Part shown: piece after piece, positions 1 to 14,985 of the stretch
Layout of the letters: every line of letters starts with the position of its first letter
Numbering within the stretch: the first letter of the stretch is position 1
DNA from: Octopus vulgaris
Lineage: Eukaryota
Assembly: GCA_951406725.2 (NCBI GenBank)
Contig: OX597822.1
Location: 47,120,001 to 47,184,000 of the forward strand
Length of the DNA stretch: 64,000 nucleotides
Direction: 5' to 3'
Notes under the pieces: model-generated
Databases searched by the model: none
What the model was told of the DNA's origin: nothing
What the model saw: only the letters and a program-made list of their open reading frames with translations
Translations under genes and position numbers: made by a program

Positions 1-47
<47 letters not shown>

Positions 48-69
48 TGTAGGAGGAGGAGGAGGAGGA

Positions 70-103
<34 letters not shown>

Positions 104-105
104 CA
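1..105. repeat. Compound trinucleotide microsatellite (GTA)n-(GGA)n-(GCA)n
   Basis: Directly visible repeat. Confidence 0.95.
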
Positions 106-639
106 TATGATGTGGAAAGATATGACTTACCGCGTCGCAGAATTTGTTTTAGGACAAGTGTAACTAAAGGGGAACCTTTCTGGAAGGTTGCTGATTATCT
201 CATCCATAGTTGTAGAGAATTGAGGTTGGTTATTTAAAAATATTTTTCAACATAAATTTGTTGCGTTTCCGTTCAACCAAAAATAATAACGAGGGATGAG
301 GCTAAAATCCCATTTCAAAGAAAAAAAAAAAATCAAACGAACACTACAACACAGAAAAAAAATGGTGACACGAACATATATTTTGCAACCCGGCGAACGC
401 GTTTTGAAAAAGGAGAAATAATATTTCTGCAAACTTTAAAGGGAAAACAATTGGAACGACGCTTTTGCCGGCAGTAACATACCAACGTACATTTTGTTGA
501 TGATCAAAACTGTCAGTGGTTGGAGTTTTGTTCCAAGTTAAGTGTTAAACACAGGCAATTTTTATACGTGGGTAGAATGCAGTCAAAGAAGACAGCTTAG
601 TAGGGCTGTGTCACAAAGTGTGTGTTTCCTTGTCCGAGA

Positions 640-1815
640 AATTTGTTCAAGAGCGAGTAAGGGGAAAAGTGACTACTCACACCTCAAGGAAAGCAGGGGA
701 ACACGCATTGGATCATCAAAGGAGCGACTGAAGGTGGCTTTGGGTGGTTTGTGGAGCAATGTGTGTTAGCCATCGATCAGAGCAAGGCATGCAGAAATCT
801 TTGCCAGATTTTCAAGACTGAGAAGGAAACGAAATGATGAGCAGAATTTGTGAAACATACCTGCCGTGAGTCTGATACTGCAATAGATTGGCAAGTACAG
901 CATAAGAGTAACAACCAGAATCATGAGTAATGACATTGACTTCTGGCTCATTCTCGCTTTTGTCGTGCAATATGGATGGGTGACGAGTACAGAGCGAACA
1001 AAAAATGCTATCTGGTTGGGAAAAGTCAGTGTGGATTTATAAATTTTCATAACATTCGAATATCACGAGGCCATTCTGGAAATATAATTTGGAAACAGCG
1101 CCAGTGAGATTGAAGACTGGGAAAGCAGATTAGAAAGTTCAGCTGTTACACTTCTAGCCAAAAGTTCCACTTAAAGTATTTCTGCTTTGAGGAGTTGCAA
1201 TCTTCTCATTAAAAAGACGACTGCAGCTCGTCTCTTTAACGGAACTGCAATCCTGGATCAAACGAAGTTTGAAACAGGACATTCTGCATCCGGAATATCG
1301 TCAAGCGCTCACAATCCTCTTGTAGAGCAATGCGGTTGGTGGAAGTCCCACGTTGGCTTCCTACAGAAGATTAGTGGCGGGTAAAAGCGACAGTAATCTC
1401 GAGCAAACTCTGAACGTTGATAAAAACCAATAGGGTATTCTATTCCGAAGAAGTTTCGGGTCGAGACCATGGATAATTTCCAGAAATTCCGGACCTAGCA
1501 GTACTAGTGAAGTGAAGTTGGGCGTTGTTGATTAGAGATAAACTCTAGCGACATGGATGTGTCGTCAGGCACCTGTCCCAGGTTCGCGCAGAGTATCGAA
1601 ACCATTCTGTATTCGCTCCTCTGGTGCCCCAAACATTGCTGACTTGAGGAAGTTATATCGACCAGCAGCTGCCATGTATGGGACGGATCCAGCTATCAGT
1701 TGAATCCACTGTAAAGATCGTCTCGCCATTTTCGTTTGACCGGAAAGAGAAGCCATTCTTTATCTGTCCTGTGGTTCTGTCGGAAGACGTTGTGTGGTGG
1801 GTAAGAATGAAAAGA
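640..1815 (+). mobile_element. Decayed L1/Tx1-clade non-LTR retrotransposon ORF2 remnant (RT to C-terminal zinc knuckle)
   Basis: Manual translation across stops and frameshifts gives VLAIDQSKA (~763-790, RT motif LDQxKAFD), QYGWV...NAIWLGK...ILEI*FG...EDWESRL (~970-1135), LIRDKL*RHG, and SGTCPRFAQSIETILYSLLWCP (~1565-1630, decayed CxxC..ET..H...C knuckle), then EDVVWWVR. Confidence 0.7.
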
Positions 1816-2294
1816 TAGAAAGCAGACCTCATTTTTGTTTAAAATATTTTGTTTGTCGTTGTGATTTTCTGATCGAGCAGATTTATAATGAAAAGTTTCC
1901 TATCTATGACTACTCTGTTTTGTTGTTGCAGATCTTCAGATAATTTAGCTGCTATTTCTAACAGTTTAGTGACCACATAAGGCTCTTTATTTGGACCGTA
2001 GAGTTTTCTTTACTGGCATGAATGTATGTGTGTGTGTATGCGTGTGCCCGCGTGTGTGTATTTATGTTGCTGGAATATGAAGAGGTCATTGCAAGAGAGA
2101 GGCGTGAATTGTCTCAGGTGGCCAACCATGAAATTTAGTTGGCATCAGACATGTTATAATCTGTATTTTCTCGCTCGACTGCATTGAAAAAGAGAGCCGT
2201 CAAGCTTGGTCTGTGAGCATTCTGTCACTCGAAACAGGCTCTCTACAAACTTCACAACAACCAACGAACCACGGTTTTTGTCACTGGTTCTACC

Positions 2295-2745
2295 CCTATC
2301 ATCACCATCATCGTCACCATGACCAACACCATGACAAATATCACCATCGCCACCACCATACCGCCAACACCACCGCCATCATAAATACCAGTACCACTAC
2401 TATCACCACCACCACCACCTTCACCACCACTAGTCACATTACCTCTACCCAATATCATAGCCATACAGCTACAGCCACCGCCACCATCGTCACCAATGCA
2501 AATATCAGCAACAGCAGTGCCACCAACACTACACCAATACTAGTAGCTCAACTACCTCCACCACTATAACCCCCATAACTACCATTACCACCACCATCAA
2601 CAGCACCATCACCATCATCACCAATACCATCTCCACCACCACCACAATCACCGCTCCCATCACCACTTCATCACTACTACCACCACTACTACTATCACCA
2701 CTACCCTACCCCATAAGTATCCCATCATCACCACCACCATTACCG
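2295..2745. repeat. Degenerate (CAC/ACC/CAT)n low-complexity tract
   Basis: Visible; it produces the spurious His/Thr-rich ORF 2213-2569. Confidence 0.9.
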
Positions 2746-2936
2746 CGTATTCGTTAGTCACTTATTCCTCCACTCATTGACGAGAGACAGCGCCACCACT
2801 GGGCGTGAAATTAAAATAAATATCAACATTGACAGGTTGAGACAGAGAGTAATTTGTCACGGGCTGATAGCCATTACATCACAACATTCTTTGGCGCTAT
2901 GTGTCTTCAAGATTCAATAAGTAGACAACAACTGTT

Positions 2937-3080
<144 letters not shown>

Positions 3081-3369
3081 GTGTCAGCGTGCGCGTGTAT
3101 TGTATCTTAGAAGTGTCATAACTCCAGTAAAAAAATTGTTTCAACATACGAGTTCACAAGTAGAATCTTGCAAACCAAATAGAAAAAAACCTATAAATAC
3201 ACACACACACACACGCATACATATATATATATATATATATATACACGTTGCGAGAGGTATTTGAGAACATATTTGATAATTTAATAAAACAAAGCTAATC
3301 TAGCCAAAACGAAATGAATTTTAATTAAAATTTAAGCACATATTCTTGATAAGCTTTTTTTTTTATCAG

Positions 3370-3960
3370 ATTATTCTAAGAATCCGCCTTCAGTTTCGAC
3401 GACTGCTTCAGTAAAAGACTGGAATTGTTGACATGCCTGCACTAAATGGTCGCCATTAACTTCGGACATCACCTGGACAATGGTCGCTTTCTGTGAAGCT
3501 ATGGTATTGTGAGGATGTCGATTAATCTCCCTTCCAACATTTTAAATGTAGTTGTCCATGGGATTTAAATTTGACGAGACCACAATGTTGGTGCTTTATG
3601 ATTGTACAGATTGTCTGACATCCATTCTTGGGTCTGGTATTCAAGTGCATTCTTCATCTATCCAAAGTTTAATAATTGTCTTCAGTACCTCACCGTATCC
3701 AGCAGCATTTGTTCTAAAACCGTGTGGAAAGATATGAAGTGGCATGACATGACCTTCGTTACCCACCACGCATAAAGCCTTCGCAGTTGCTGGAATTTTA
3801 GTGAGCATCAGAAGGATCTGTACATAACCATCTGTTATTTCAGACATGAATTGGCCTCTCCTCAGTATATTCGACTTGTGTCGAATATTCCCGAACACCA
3901 CATTTCTGATAGTACCTGTAATACCCGAAGTTTCTTGGCGATGGCCCTCATTGATGTTTT
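3370..3960 (-). mobile_element. Decayed Tc1/mariner (maT/DD37D-like) transposase fragment
   Basis: ORF 3641-3901 TKIPATAKALCVVGNEGHVMPLHIFPHGFRTNAAGYGEVLKTIIKLWI matches the transposase segment before the second catalytic Asp; homologous to 6311-6769. Confidence 0.7.
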
Positions 3961-4778
3961 CCTGGAATCAGCATCGATAATATATTGAACCTCTTGAATG
4001 AACTGCAATATCCTTATAATGTCCGATGCTTAAAATATTTTTTAGCCTTCTCTACAACTGAAACATTCCAACCAAATATTAAAGAACAGAGTGAGGAAAT
4101 GATTTTAATAGTTCATTTACAATCGTCTCATTATTATTCAATATAGCCAACCTTGCGTAACGCTGTAACCATGTCGGCAACATGGTAACATTTCGCAAGA
4201 TTTGTTATACTCGATAATGATGAAACGATTGTAAACTATGTATTAAAGTGATTTGCAAATTCGATTCTTCGATATATGTCATTATATATATTCTATGGAT
4301 ATTTTGTAGATTTTCAGATAATTTGAGGTATGCGATATCTGTTGAAGTGCTTCATGTTATAAACACTAGGGTTGTATACCCCAATTCACTTGCTATATAT
4401 ATATATGTGTGTGTGTGTGTGTTTGTGTGTGTGTGTATATGTATGCATATATGTAAGCATGTATGCCTATGTATGTGCACGTATGTATATGTGCGTGAGA
4501 GAGGGGGAGTAAACACACGCACGCACACACACACACACACACATATGTATAGTGGAACGAATATACATATGTGTGGGTTAGTGTGTTTGCGTTCGTCCTC
4601 CACTACCTATTGACAACTGGTGTTGCTTTATTTATATCCCTGTGATTTAGCAGTTTCGGCAAAACAAGATGATCGAATAAAATACCAGACTCGGAAATTT
4701 TTTACTAGGAGTCGATTCGCCCGACTAAGTCCTTCAAAGTGGTGCACCAGCATGGCCGCAGTCGAATGACTGAAACTG

Positions 4779-5159
4779 TCTTTTACTCTTTTACTTGTTT
4801 CAGTCATTTGACTGCGGTCATGCTGGAGCACCGCCTTTAGTCGAGCAAATTGGCCCCAGGACTCATTCTTTGTAAGCCTAGTACTTATTCTATCGGTCTG
4901 TTCTGCCGAACCGCTAAGTTACGGAGACGTAAACGTACCAGCATCGTTTGTCTAGCGATGTTGGGGGGACAAACACAGACACACAAACACATATATATAC
5001 ATATATACGACGGGCTTCTTTCAGTTTCCGTCTACCAAATCCACTCACAAGGTTTTGGCCGGCCCGAGGCTATAGTAGAAGACCAAGGTGCCACGCAGTG
5101 GGACTGAACCCGGAACCATGTGGTTGGTAAGCAAGCTACGTACCACACAGCCACACCTG
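4779..5159 (-). mobile_element. SINE family A (tRNA-derived head, CORE-like GGCACCTTGGGCAAG segment, internal microsatellite, (AAAAGAGT)n tail; resembles octopus OR-type SINEs)
   Basis: Reverse complement of the consensus seen at 23131, 29421 and 60463; A-box-like TGGCTGTGTGGTA and B-box-like GGTTCAGTCCC. Confidence 0.85.
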
Positions 5160-5316
5160 TAAACACACACACACGGAAAGAACAAAGATTTATAGAAATA
5201 TAGGTAAATAAGTTCATATAAACAGACGTGTTTGTGAGCGTGTGCGAGTGTGTAGTTGGGACAATAATGTCAAGCTGACCCAGAACCGCCTGTTGTGATT
5301 GAGTTGACCTTTTACA

Positions 5317-5395
<79 letters not shown>

Positions 5396-5928
5396 TGATA
5401 TGTGGATCAGACATGTTCGATTAAGAAGGAGAGAGAGCAACAACAGAAAACGACAACGACGAAGACGATGGCCACAGCGACAACTCAAAGTGACGGAGAT
5501 GTTTACCGCCTCCGCATGGTGACGCTAAATATTGCCGGTGACGCTGTTATTGCTACTGCGACATCCGACTGATGTTGCTGCTGCTGTTTTCTCTTGCTTA
5601 TTTTTAGCATCTTGTAGCCGGTGATACTGTCATTCTACTGGCAATCACCAAATACCTGGTTCGAGACTCGTAAGTGGACACACACTGAATAATGTAATAC
5701 TTAGACATTGTTTTATCCTCAACTTGTTTTAGTCGTTTGACTGCGGCCATGCAGGGGCACCACCTTGAACGGCTTTAACCGAACAGATCGTCCCAAGAAC
5801 TTATTTTTTAAGTTTGGTACTTAATTTCATCGGTCGCTTTTGCCGAACTGCTAAATTACAGGGATGTTAACAAACCAACACCGGTTGGGAAGTGGTGAAT
5901 AAGATAAACAGCCACAAAGACGCACGCG

Positions 5929-5975
<47 letters not shown>

Positions 5976-6167
5976 CACTTATCTTTCACCAGTTTCAGTC
6001 ATTTAGACTGCAACCATTGGGGCACAAACTAGAAGAATCAGTCAAATGCATCAAATGCATATATTTAGCGGTTACGACGACGAGGGTTCCAGTTGATCCG
6101 ATCAACGGAACAGCCTGCTCGTGAAATTAACATTCAAGTGGCTGACCACTCCACAGACATGTATATA

Positions 6168-6790
6168 CAGGGCGCGGTGAATTATTGTCGTCTAAATTAC
6201 ACAAAAATGAAAATAACATTGATATCTCATTTTAACAGATATATTTACCAAAATTACATAAAAATATCTTTAAAATATCTTAAAATTATTCAATAAAATC
6301 GCCATTGGCTTCAATCATGGCCTCCAGACGACTTCGGAATTTCTTGCAACTCTTCTGTTAAGTTGGTGAATACTGCCATAATCCTTGCCTTCAGTTCATC
6401 TTTGGTGTTACAGGGAATTTGGTTGGTCTCTTGCTCAACTGTACCCCACACATAATAACCAAGGGTGTTGCAGTTTGGGGAGTTAGGTGTCCAGATGTTA
6501 GTGGTGATGTAATCGCCGCAGAATTTGTCTGACAGCCATGACTGGATTCTCCTGCTTGTGTGGCATGGTGCAGAGTCCCGTTGCCAGACACAGGGTCTTC
6601 CAGCAGCCACCCTGTTGACCCACGGCATCATTACCTCCTCCAGGCACTTGATGTAGGACTCCGTGTTGAGTCTGAGGCCGTGTGGGAAGATGAATTGAGG
6701 TATAATATCGCCATTACTAGTGATCACTCCCAACACCATAATATTGACTGGATGTTTGATTTTTATCACCCTTGGTGCATGACTTCAGAC
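6168..6790 (-). mobile_element. Tc1/mariner (maT/DD37D-like) transposase 3' half with terminal TA|CAGGGCG TIR end
   Basis: ORF 6311-6769: KHPVNIMVLGVITSNG...VWQRDSAPCH...WTPNSPNCNTLGYYVW (decayed SPDLNPLD, third Asp lost; about 37-38 aa spacing). Confidence 0.85.
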
Positions 6791-7134
6791 TGCACTGTCC
6801 TCAGATTCACACTCAAACACCCTAAAATGTTCGTATTGGAGCTTCCGGCGTGGATGCTAAGCAGTACAGCATGTCGTTTCCAAATTTTTTTACATTTTTA
6901 CATATATTTTTGGTTTTCTGCTTGCTTTAGTTATTGGAATGCAGCGGTACTGGAGAACCGCTTTGAAAGATTTTAGTCGAAAGAATCGATCCCAGTGCGC
7001 TTTTTTTTAAAACAAGATATTTATTCTACCGTTCTCTTGCGCCGAACTGCTAACGTTTCGGGGACAAGCGCAAACACACGCACACAATCATACATACATA
7101 CATACATACATACATACATACATACATACATACA

Positions 7135-7166
<32 letters not shown>

Positions 7167-7476
7167 AATGTGTTTGCGTTCATCCTTCCATCATTGACAA
7201 CTACAGTTGGTTTGTTTACGTCAACACCATAACTTAATGGCAAAAAAAGTACCACATATGAAATAAAACAAGTATTGGGGGTAGATTTGTCCGACTAAAC
7301 TTTTCTAGGCGGTGCCCCAGCATGGCCGCACATAGTTCAGTGACTGCAAAACGAAAGACGCACAAACATTAAATTGAATTTTTTAAAGACTTGGATTATA
7401 TATTAAAAATTCCACGGCACACCTTGATAATATCACTTACGGCATATCATTTGTTAACTAGTCACACGAGCTCGCG

Positions 7477-7531
<55 letters not shown>

Positions 7532-8260
7532 ACATCATATGCCACATGCGCATGCGTACGAGTGTGTTCTGTAATGACCTAACTAAGCTATCTTATCTTG
7601 TGAGAATGTCTCAAAGGTGAAGTGCGTCTAGCAAGACTATGAACAATGTGCGCATTTGTTTGTATTTTGAAGTTTGTTGCTGTGGTTTCTAGTTGGTGAC
7701 AACCTACATTGAGTTATTCCTTCATACCCCCACCTTACTTCCTGTTCGCACCACCTACAGAGGCACCTGAGCGTATTCAATTGTGAAAGTGTATCTACGG
7801 GATTATAGTTACATAACACAAGAAGCACAGGCATTGTTGTGTAGTTAAGAAGATTGCTTTTCCACAACGTGGTTTCCAGTTCAGTCTCATCGCGCGACAC
7901 CTAGAGCAAATATCTTCTACTATAGACGCAGGAGTGGCTGTGTGATTCCGGGTTCAGTCCCACAGCGTGGCACTTTCGACAAGTGTCTTCTACTATATAT
8001 GTGCGCGCGCGCGTGTGTGTGTGTGTGTGAAAGAGAGAGAGAGAGAGACGGTGGAGGGAGAGAAAGGTTTAGTTCAAGTAGAACATTTTGAAATTTTTAA
8101 GGGTCCAAAAAGTTAAATTTCTAATAAAGTTTCATGTGTGTGTGTGTCAGTATATATATATAATATAATATATAATATAATATAATATAAATATATGCAT
8201 ATATACATACATATATGTACATACCTTCATATATATGCATATATACATGCATGTATGGAA

Positions 8261-8570
8261 ACAGGACATAAAAAAAAATGTGGAACACAATGACAAACGA
8301 AAACATAAAAACAAAAACATAGAAACGAACTGTTTTTCAAACAACGAAAAGAAAAACAGACTACAAGACATACAACACAAAGAATATTCCCCTTCTTCAG
8401 TTGTCCCCGTTTCATCTATTCCGCGTTACGAAGGTCAGGACAAGACGCGATTTCGTTGAAACAATCCTTCCCGCAAAGCAAATTAAATAAAATTGGGGAT
8501 TTTTTGCAGGGGGTAAAAGTGGTAACAAGAACAAAACAGTAAAAACAAACGATGAGGGCTGTTAAGCCAA
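8261..8570 (-). mobile_element. Unclassified short non-coding repeat; inverted homologue at 11137-11467, related piece at 20180-20325
   Basis: Reverse-complement similarity, e.g. CAATCCTTCCCGCAAAGCAAATTAAATAA versus TTATTTAATTTGCTTTGCGGGAAGGATTG. Confidence 0.7.
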
Positions 8571-8613
8571 GACAATGGAAACATTATTGTGAACGCTTAA
8601 AGGAGACAGCTTA

Positions 8614-8660
<47 letters not shown>

Positions 8661-8740
8661 ATGTATATGCATATATTTATACACGCACACACAAACACAC
8701 ACACACACTTACATATATATATATATTGAGTGGCTGTGTG

Positions 8741-9125
8741 GAGGTGCAGGAGTGGTTGTGTGGTAAGTAGCTTGCTTCCTAATCACATGGTTCCGGGTTC
8801 AGTCCCACTCCGTGACACCTTGGGCAAATGTCTTCTACTATAGCCTCGGGCTGACCAGAGCCTTGTGAGTAGATTTGATAGACGGAAACTGAAAGAAGCC
8901 CGTCATATATACATGTACACATTTGTGTGTCTGTGTTTGTCCTTCATCGCTTGACAACCGATGTTGGTGTGTTTGCGTCCCCGTAACTTAGCGGTTCGGC
9001 AAAATTGATCGATAGAATAAGTTCTAGGCTTACAAAGAATAAGTCCTGGGGTCGATTTGTTTGACTAAAGGAGGTGCTCCAGCATGGCCGCAGTGAAATG
9101 ACTGAAGCAAATAAAGCAATAAAAG
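8741..9125 (+). mobile_element. SINE family A copy
   Basis: Head-to-tail match to other copies in the window. Confidence 0.85.
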
Positions 9126-10067
9126 AATATATATGTATGTATGTGTGTATGTATGTATTTTTGCGTCTGTGTTAGCCTCACTCCATCTCTTGACAACCGA
9201 TGTTGGTGTGTTTACGTTCCCGTAAGCTAGTAGTTCGGCAATAGAAGACATATAGAATAAGTACTAGGCTTACAAAGAATAAGTTCTGGCATCGAGTTGT
9301 TCAACAAAAAGGCGGTGCTCCAGTATGGCCGCAGTAAAAAATAACTGAAACAAATAGAAGAGGCAGTGGAAAAAAAAAATGGGGCGATAATGATATGACC
9401 AAAATGGGGCAATGGATGTAAAAACAAACAAACAAATAAAATAACGGGTTAAATAGGTAAAGTTATTATTCGTGAAATACTGTTGTTTTGAATTTGGTCT
9501 GAGATGGTGAGATGGTGGGGAGGCACTAGGAATGTGGCCTTAGAAGCATGGGGGTTGTAGCCTGAAAATGTTTGGGAACCACTGGTCTAATGCATTGTGA
9601 CTTAATTTAGTCGACGGAAACTGTGTGGAAGCCCGTTGCAGGCGGCGGCTTGGCATAATAAGTAGTAGCATTTCGTCTGGGTTCACGTTCTGAATTCAAA
9701 TATCGCCGAGGTCGACTTTGCCTTTCATCTATCCGGGATCGATAATATAAATACCAGTTGTGCACTGGGCCGATGAAATTGACTTGTTCCACCCGACAAA
9801 ATTCCAGGCCTGGGGTAGAAATGTGTGTGTGTATGAGAGAGAGAGAGAGAGAGAGAAAGAAATAGAGAGAGAGAAAGAAAGAAAGAGAGAGGGAGAAAGA
9901 AAGAGAGAGAGAGAAAGAAAGAGAGAGAGAAAGAGATTGTATGTGTATGTGCGTATGTGTGTGCGTGCGTGTGCGTCTTTGTGTTTGTAGTTTGTATCGG
10001 CATATTTTTGCTCTCGGCTAATTAAGCGATCATTTAAGCACACACGCAGGTACGTATGCATACACAC

Positions 10068-10111
<44 letters not shown>

Positions 10112-10569
10112 GCATACACACTAGACTAATATTTTTTCTGCAATTATGTGACATGTTCTGGTCTTATGAAGACCGCACAAGTGAACTTATAGCTTTTATC
10201 GTAATTGTTTCCTAAATCTTTATAATTGACGAAGACATAATTATTCAGAATAAGTGTTTTTCAAATGGGTTCCGTAAAAATTTTCAGAGATTTAAAAAAA
10301 AATTTTCTCTCTACCAGAATCTTTTAAAATGTTTTATACCGATGCTGTTTTGCCACTGGCCAAAATCAAATTAACTTTTTAAATAAACTAATAGCAAAAA
10401 AGCTACAAGCATTTAAAATGAAGTAATTTCAGCAAATGGGAAGCCTCTATTGCCGACATACCGCATTAATTTTGAAAATACAGTTCTATATTTAAGAGAT
10501 GAAGAATTATGTACATTATTTACATTATTTACATTTAACGGATATTTGTCCTCATCTTGTTTGTTGTTA

Positions 10570-10613
10570 ACACAACATTTCTGCTGATATATCCTCCAGC
10601 CTTCATCAGGTGT
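10570..10613 (-). ncRNA. Decayed minimal type I hammerhead motif in a Penelope-like terminal fragment (~10487-10617)
   Basis: Minus strand: ACAC-CTGATGA-A-GGCTG(10 nt)CAGCA-GAAA-TGTT-GTGT; two substitutions from the ideal GGCTG/CAGCC and GAAACGTT. Confidence 0.55.
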
Positions 10614-10632
10614 CTTCACAACTGCTTACATG

Positions 10633-10699
<67 letters not shown>

Positions 10700-11136
10700 A
10701 TGTATAGCCATTGATCACGTGTGAGCAATGAGGGAGTCAAGGAAGAAGAGTGAGAGAGAGAGGGGGAACGGTGAAGAGGAGAGGAGAAGAATAGAGAAAG
10801 GGTGGGAGAGAAAAACAGAAAGGAAGAAGAAGAGGGAGAAAGATAGAAAGAATAGAGATAGATTAAGAGTGCGCATCGTAATTAAGATAAAACTTACTTG
10901 GAAATAGATGCGAGGCGTTCGTTCTTCCTTTGTTTTTCTCTCCCACCCTTTCCCTATTCTTCTCCTCTCCCCTTCCCCGTTCCCTCTCTCTCTCTCTCAC
11001 TCTTCCTCCTTGACTCTCCCGTTGCTCACACATGACCAACGGCTATCCATCTTTCTTTCTTCCACTTCCTTCCTAAAGACAAGACCTGTCTCTTTTCAAA
11101 GCTCACTTTTCCAGCGTTCACCACTTCACCCCGTTA

Positions 11137-11467
11137 TGGCTTAACAGCCCTCACCGTTTGTTTTTACTGTTTTGTTCTCACTGTCCTGTTTATGTTACCA
11201 CTTTCACCCTCCGCAAAAAATTTCAAATCTTATTTAATTTGCTTTGCGGGAAGGATTGTTTTATTGACGAAGTCGCGTCTTGTCCCTACCTTCGTAACGT
11301 GGAGTAGATACAACAATGGACACCTGCTGAAGGGAATGTTCTTTATGTTGCCTGTCTCGTTTCTCTGTTTGTTTGTTTCTTTCGTTGTTCGAAAAAGAGT
11401 TCGTTTTCCATGTTTTTGTTTTTTATGTTCTCGTTTCTCATTTTGTCTAGGTTTTTTGATGTCCTGT
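11137..11467 (+). mobile_element. Unclassified short repeat, inverted homologue of 8261-8570
   Basis: Reverse-complement similarity. Confidence 0.7.
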
Positions 11468-11479
11468 ACCCATATATGC

Positions 11480-11524
<45 letters not shown>

Positions 11525-11566
11525 GGTTTGTACATATAAGTATGTATATATGGATATATTTATATA

Positions 11567-11619
<53 letters not shown>

Positions 11620-12158
11620 TATGTGCGTGTGTGTGTGTGCATATGATTGTGTGTCTGTGTTTGTCCCCCCACCATTGCTTGACAACCGATGTTGATGTGT
11701 TTGCATCCCCGTAACTTAGCGTTTCGGCAAGAGATACCGATAGAATAAGTACTACGCTTACAAAGAACAAATTTTGGGCTGATTTGTTCGAGTAAAAGCG
11801 GTGCTCCAGTATGGGCGCAGTCAGATAACTGAAACCAATAAATGAATAAAAGAGTATATATATAGATATCTCAAATGGGCACTGGGGAGAAGGTGGAATA
11901 ATTGTCGTGCTGATGACGTCTGATGAGTCAGAAACTATCCTCTTATTCCAGATAATAAGTCTGACTTTTTCTTTTGTGACATGTACGTTTTCGAGAAGCC
12001 TTGATTCTTGTGATTATCTCTCATTCTCAAATGTTGGTTTTGATTACCGTTTGGTAATATGAACGAATCTCGGAGATAATTTGAATGTACCTCAAAAATT
12101 TGTTGTATCGTATTTGATATACCACTATCGTATGTATATATGTATGTGTGTGTATCTA

Positions 12159-12259
<101 letters not shown>

Positions 12260-12272
12260 TAATCTGTATGTG

Positions 12273-12363
<91 letters not shown>

Positions 12364-12618
12364 CACTCATACATATATACATACGAACACATACACACAC
12401 ATGAATGAACAATATTATTGCATACTACATAACACTACCGAGTATGATTTTCGCAACACTCGCCCCAGGATGAGATTGCAAACCACTACATTATACATAT
12501 GCACACCTCCCAGCAAGCTTGCATAAACACGCACACACACACACACATACACACACACACACACACGCACACATACACATGCACCCACGCACAGACACGC
12601 GCATGCACACACTTATTC

Positions 12619-12736
<118 letters not shown>

Positions 12737-13336
12737 CAGAGAGGCAGACAGACAGACAGACAATTTTATCCATGAATAATGAACTCTCTACACTTTATCT
12801 CAAGCGTGTACTGAGCACTTTGATATTATGCTCTACACTTTATACACTCTAAGCATCCATATGTGTGTGTGTGTCGGGAGTACACTGCGTTCAGAAAGAG
12901 GTCTAAACGGTTGAGAGTTGTCGAGTGGACAGTATTTTGTCTTCTCCGCCAATCAAGTTAACAATTCAACCGGTAAGACTGATGCACAATGGCGGCGAGC
13001 CAGGATTTTAAACCAGACAACTTCAAAGGGTATCGGACGGTCTACGGGTAAATGTATGTGGGAGTCGTGTGTATATTTATGCATGTATGTGCCTGTGTAT
13101 ATGTAAAGATGAAATATACTCGCATGCATAAATACAGAAGTAGTAGAGAAAGAATGATAGGGAAGAAAATATACGACGTATTTATGATGTGTAGGAGTAA
13201 GGAAAGTTTTGTAGAAGTGAAAAACGGTTATACACACACACACACATACACACGCATACATATGTATACATACATATATACACACACACACATACACACG
13301 CATACATATGTATACATACATATATACACACATGTG

Positions 13337-13422
13337 ATATATATATATATATATATATAAATATATATATTAATATATATAAGTATATATATATATATAA
13401 ATATATATATTAATATATATAA

Positions 13423-13502
<80 letters not shown>

Positions 13503-13554
13503 TATATAATATATATAAGTATATATATATATATATATATATTAATATATATAA

Positions 13555-13587
<33 letters not shown>

Positions 13588-13625
13588 TATATATATATAT
13601 AAATATATATATTAATATATATAAG

Positions 13626-13657
<32 letters not shown>

Positions 13658-13705
13658 TAATATATATATATATATATATATAAATATATATATTAATATA
13701 TATAA

Positions 13706-13750
<45 letters not shown>
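13337..13750. repeat. Long interrupted (AT)n tract with recurring AAG/ATT interruptions
   Basis: Visible. Confidence 0.95.
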
Positions 13751-13763
<13 letters not shown>

Positions 13764-13966
13764 ATCTATATGTACATATGTATTTATGTATATATATGTA
13801 TATATGCATGTATGTAGTATATTTCTGCATATATAGTATATATGTGACATGATATAAATTATATTACGCTATATATGATGTATATAATATAGATGATATG
13901 TATGCTTATATGTATAATGTAAACGTGTGTGAGGGTGCGTTTATGTATATACATGTATATATATGT

Positions 13967-14007
<41 letters not shown>

Positions 14008-14651
14008 CATACATACATACATACATACATACATACATACATACATACATACATACATACATGTATACATGTATATATATATATATATGATATACACACC
14101 ACACACATGCTGATGAGTGTTTATATTTACATGTAAGACAAAGAAAGAAAAGGCGAAAGGAAGAGAGAAAGAAAGAAAGAAGGAAAGAATGAAAGAAAGA
14201 AAGAAGCCTGGAGTTGCTGCAAAGAATCGTCAGTTAAGTAGAAAGAAGCATGAATGAAATGATGTTAGCGATGGATGTAGGTGGACTACAAAAATATGTA
14301 AGAGAGGTTGTTGACAGATGGCATTTATGAATCTTTAATTGAGTCATGTTGGTCTTTTAAGTTGAAGTATGCCTGTGATTTCCTCTGCTGTTTGTTCCTG
14401 GTTGGCAGTATTTCAAGTGTGCTAGAAATGGCGTATCCTCCTCTTAGTATTTATGCACCCGAAAATCTGTTACCTTCGCCTGAAGGCGTCTCAAGATAAA
14501 GATAAACATGCTACCGTGTGCGCATGCTCGGCACACACATGCACAAGCTTGGCTGTGTGATTAAGAGCTTGCTTTGAAACACCTTGTTTCGGTTCGGGTT
14601 CAGTCTCAATTCGCGACACATTTAGGCAATTGGCTTTTTTTTTATATATAT

Positions 14652-14985
14652 CTTGGGCAAGTGTCTTCTACTATAGCCTCGGGCCGACCAAAGCGTTGTG
14701 AGTGGATTTGGTAGACGGAAACTGAAAGAAGCCCGTCGTATATATGTATGTATATATGTGTGTGTGTATGTTTGTGTGTCTGTTTATCCCCCTAGCATTG
14801 CTTGACAACCGATGCTGGTGTGTTTATGTCCCCGTCATTAGCGGTTCGGCAAAAGAGACCGATAGAATAAGTATTGGGCTTACAAAGAATAAGTCCCGGG
14901 GTCGATTTGCTCGACTAAAGGCGGTGCTCCAGCATGGCTGCAGTCAAATGACTGAAACAAGTAAAAGAGTAAAGGGTAAAGAGTA
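14652..14985 (+). mobile_element. SINE family A copy, 5'-truncated
   Basis: Match to other copies. Confidence 0.85.

Noticed and set aside
11905-11940. CTGATGA...CTGATGAGTCAGAAAC
   Set aside because: Cannot build stems I and III in the proper register
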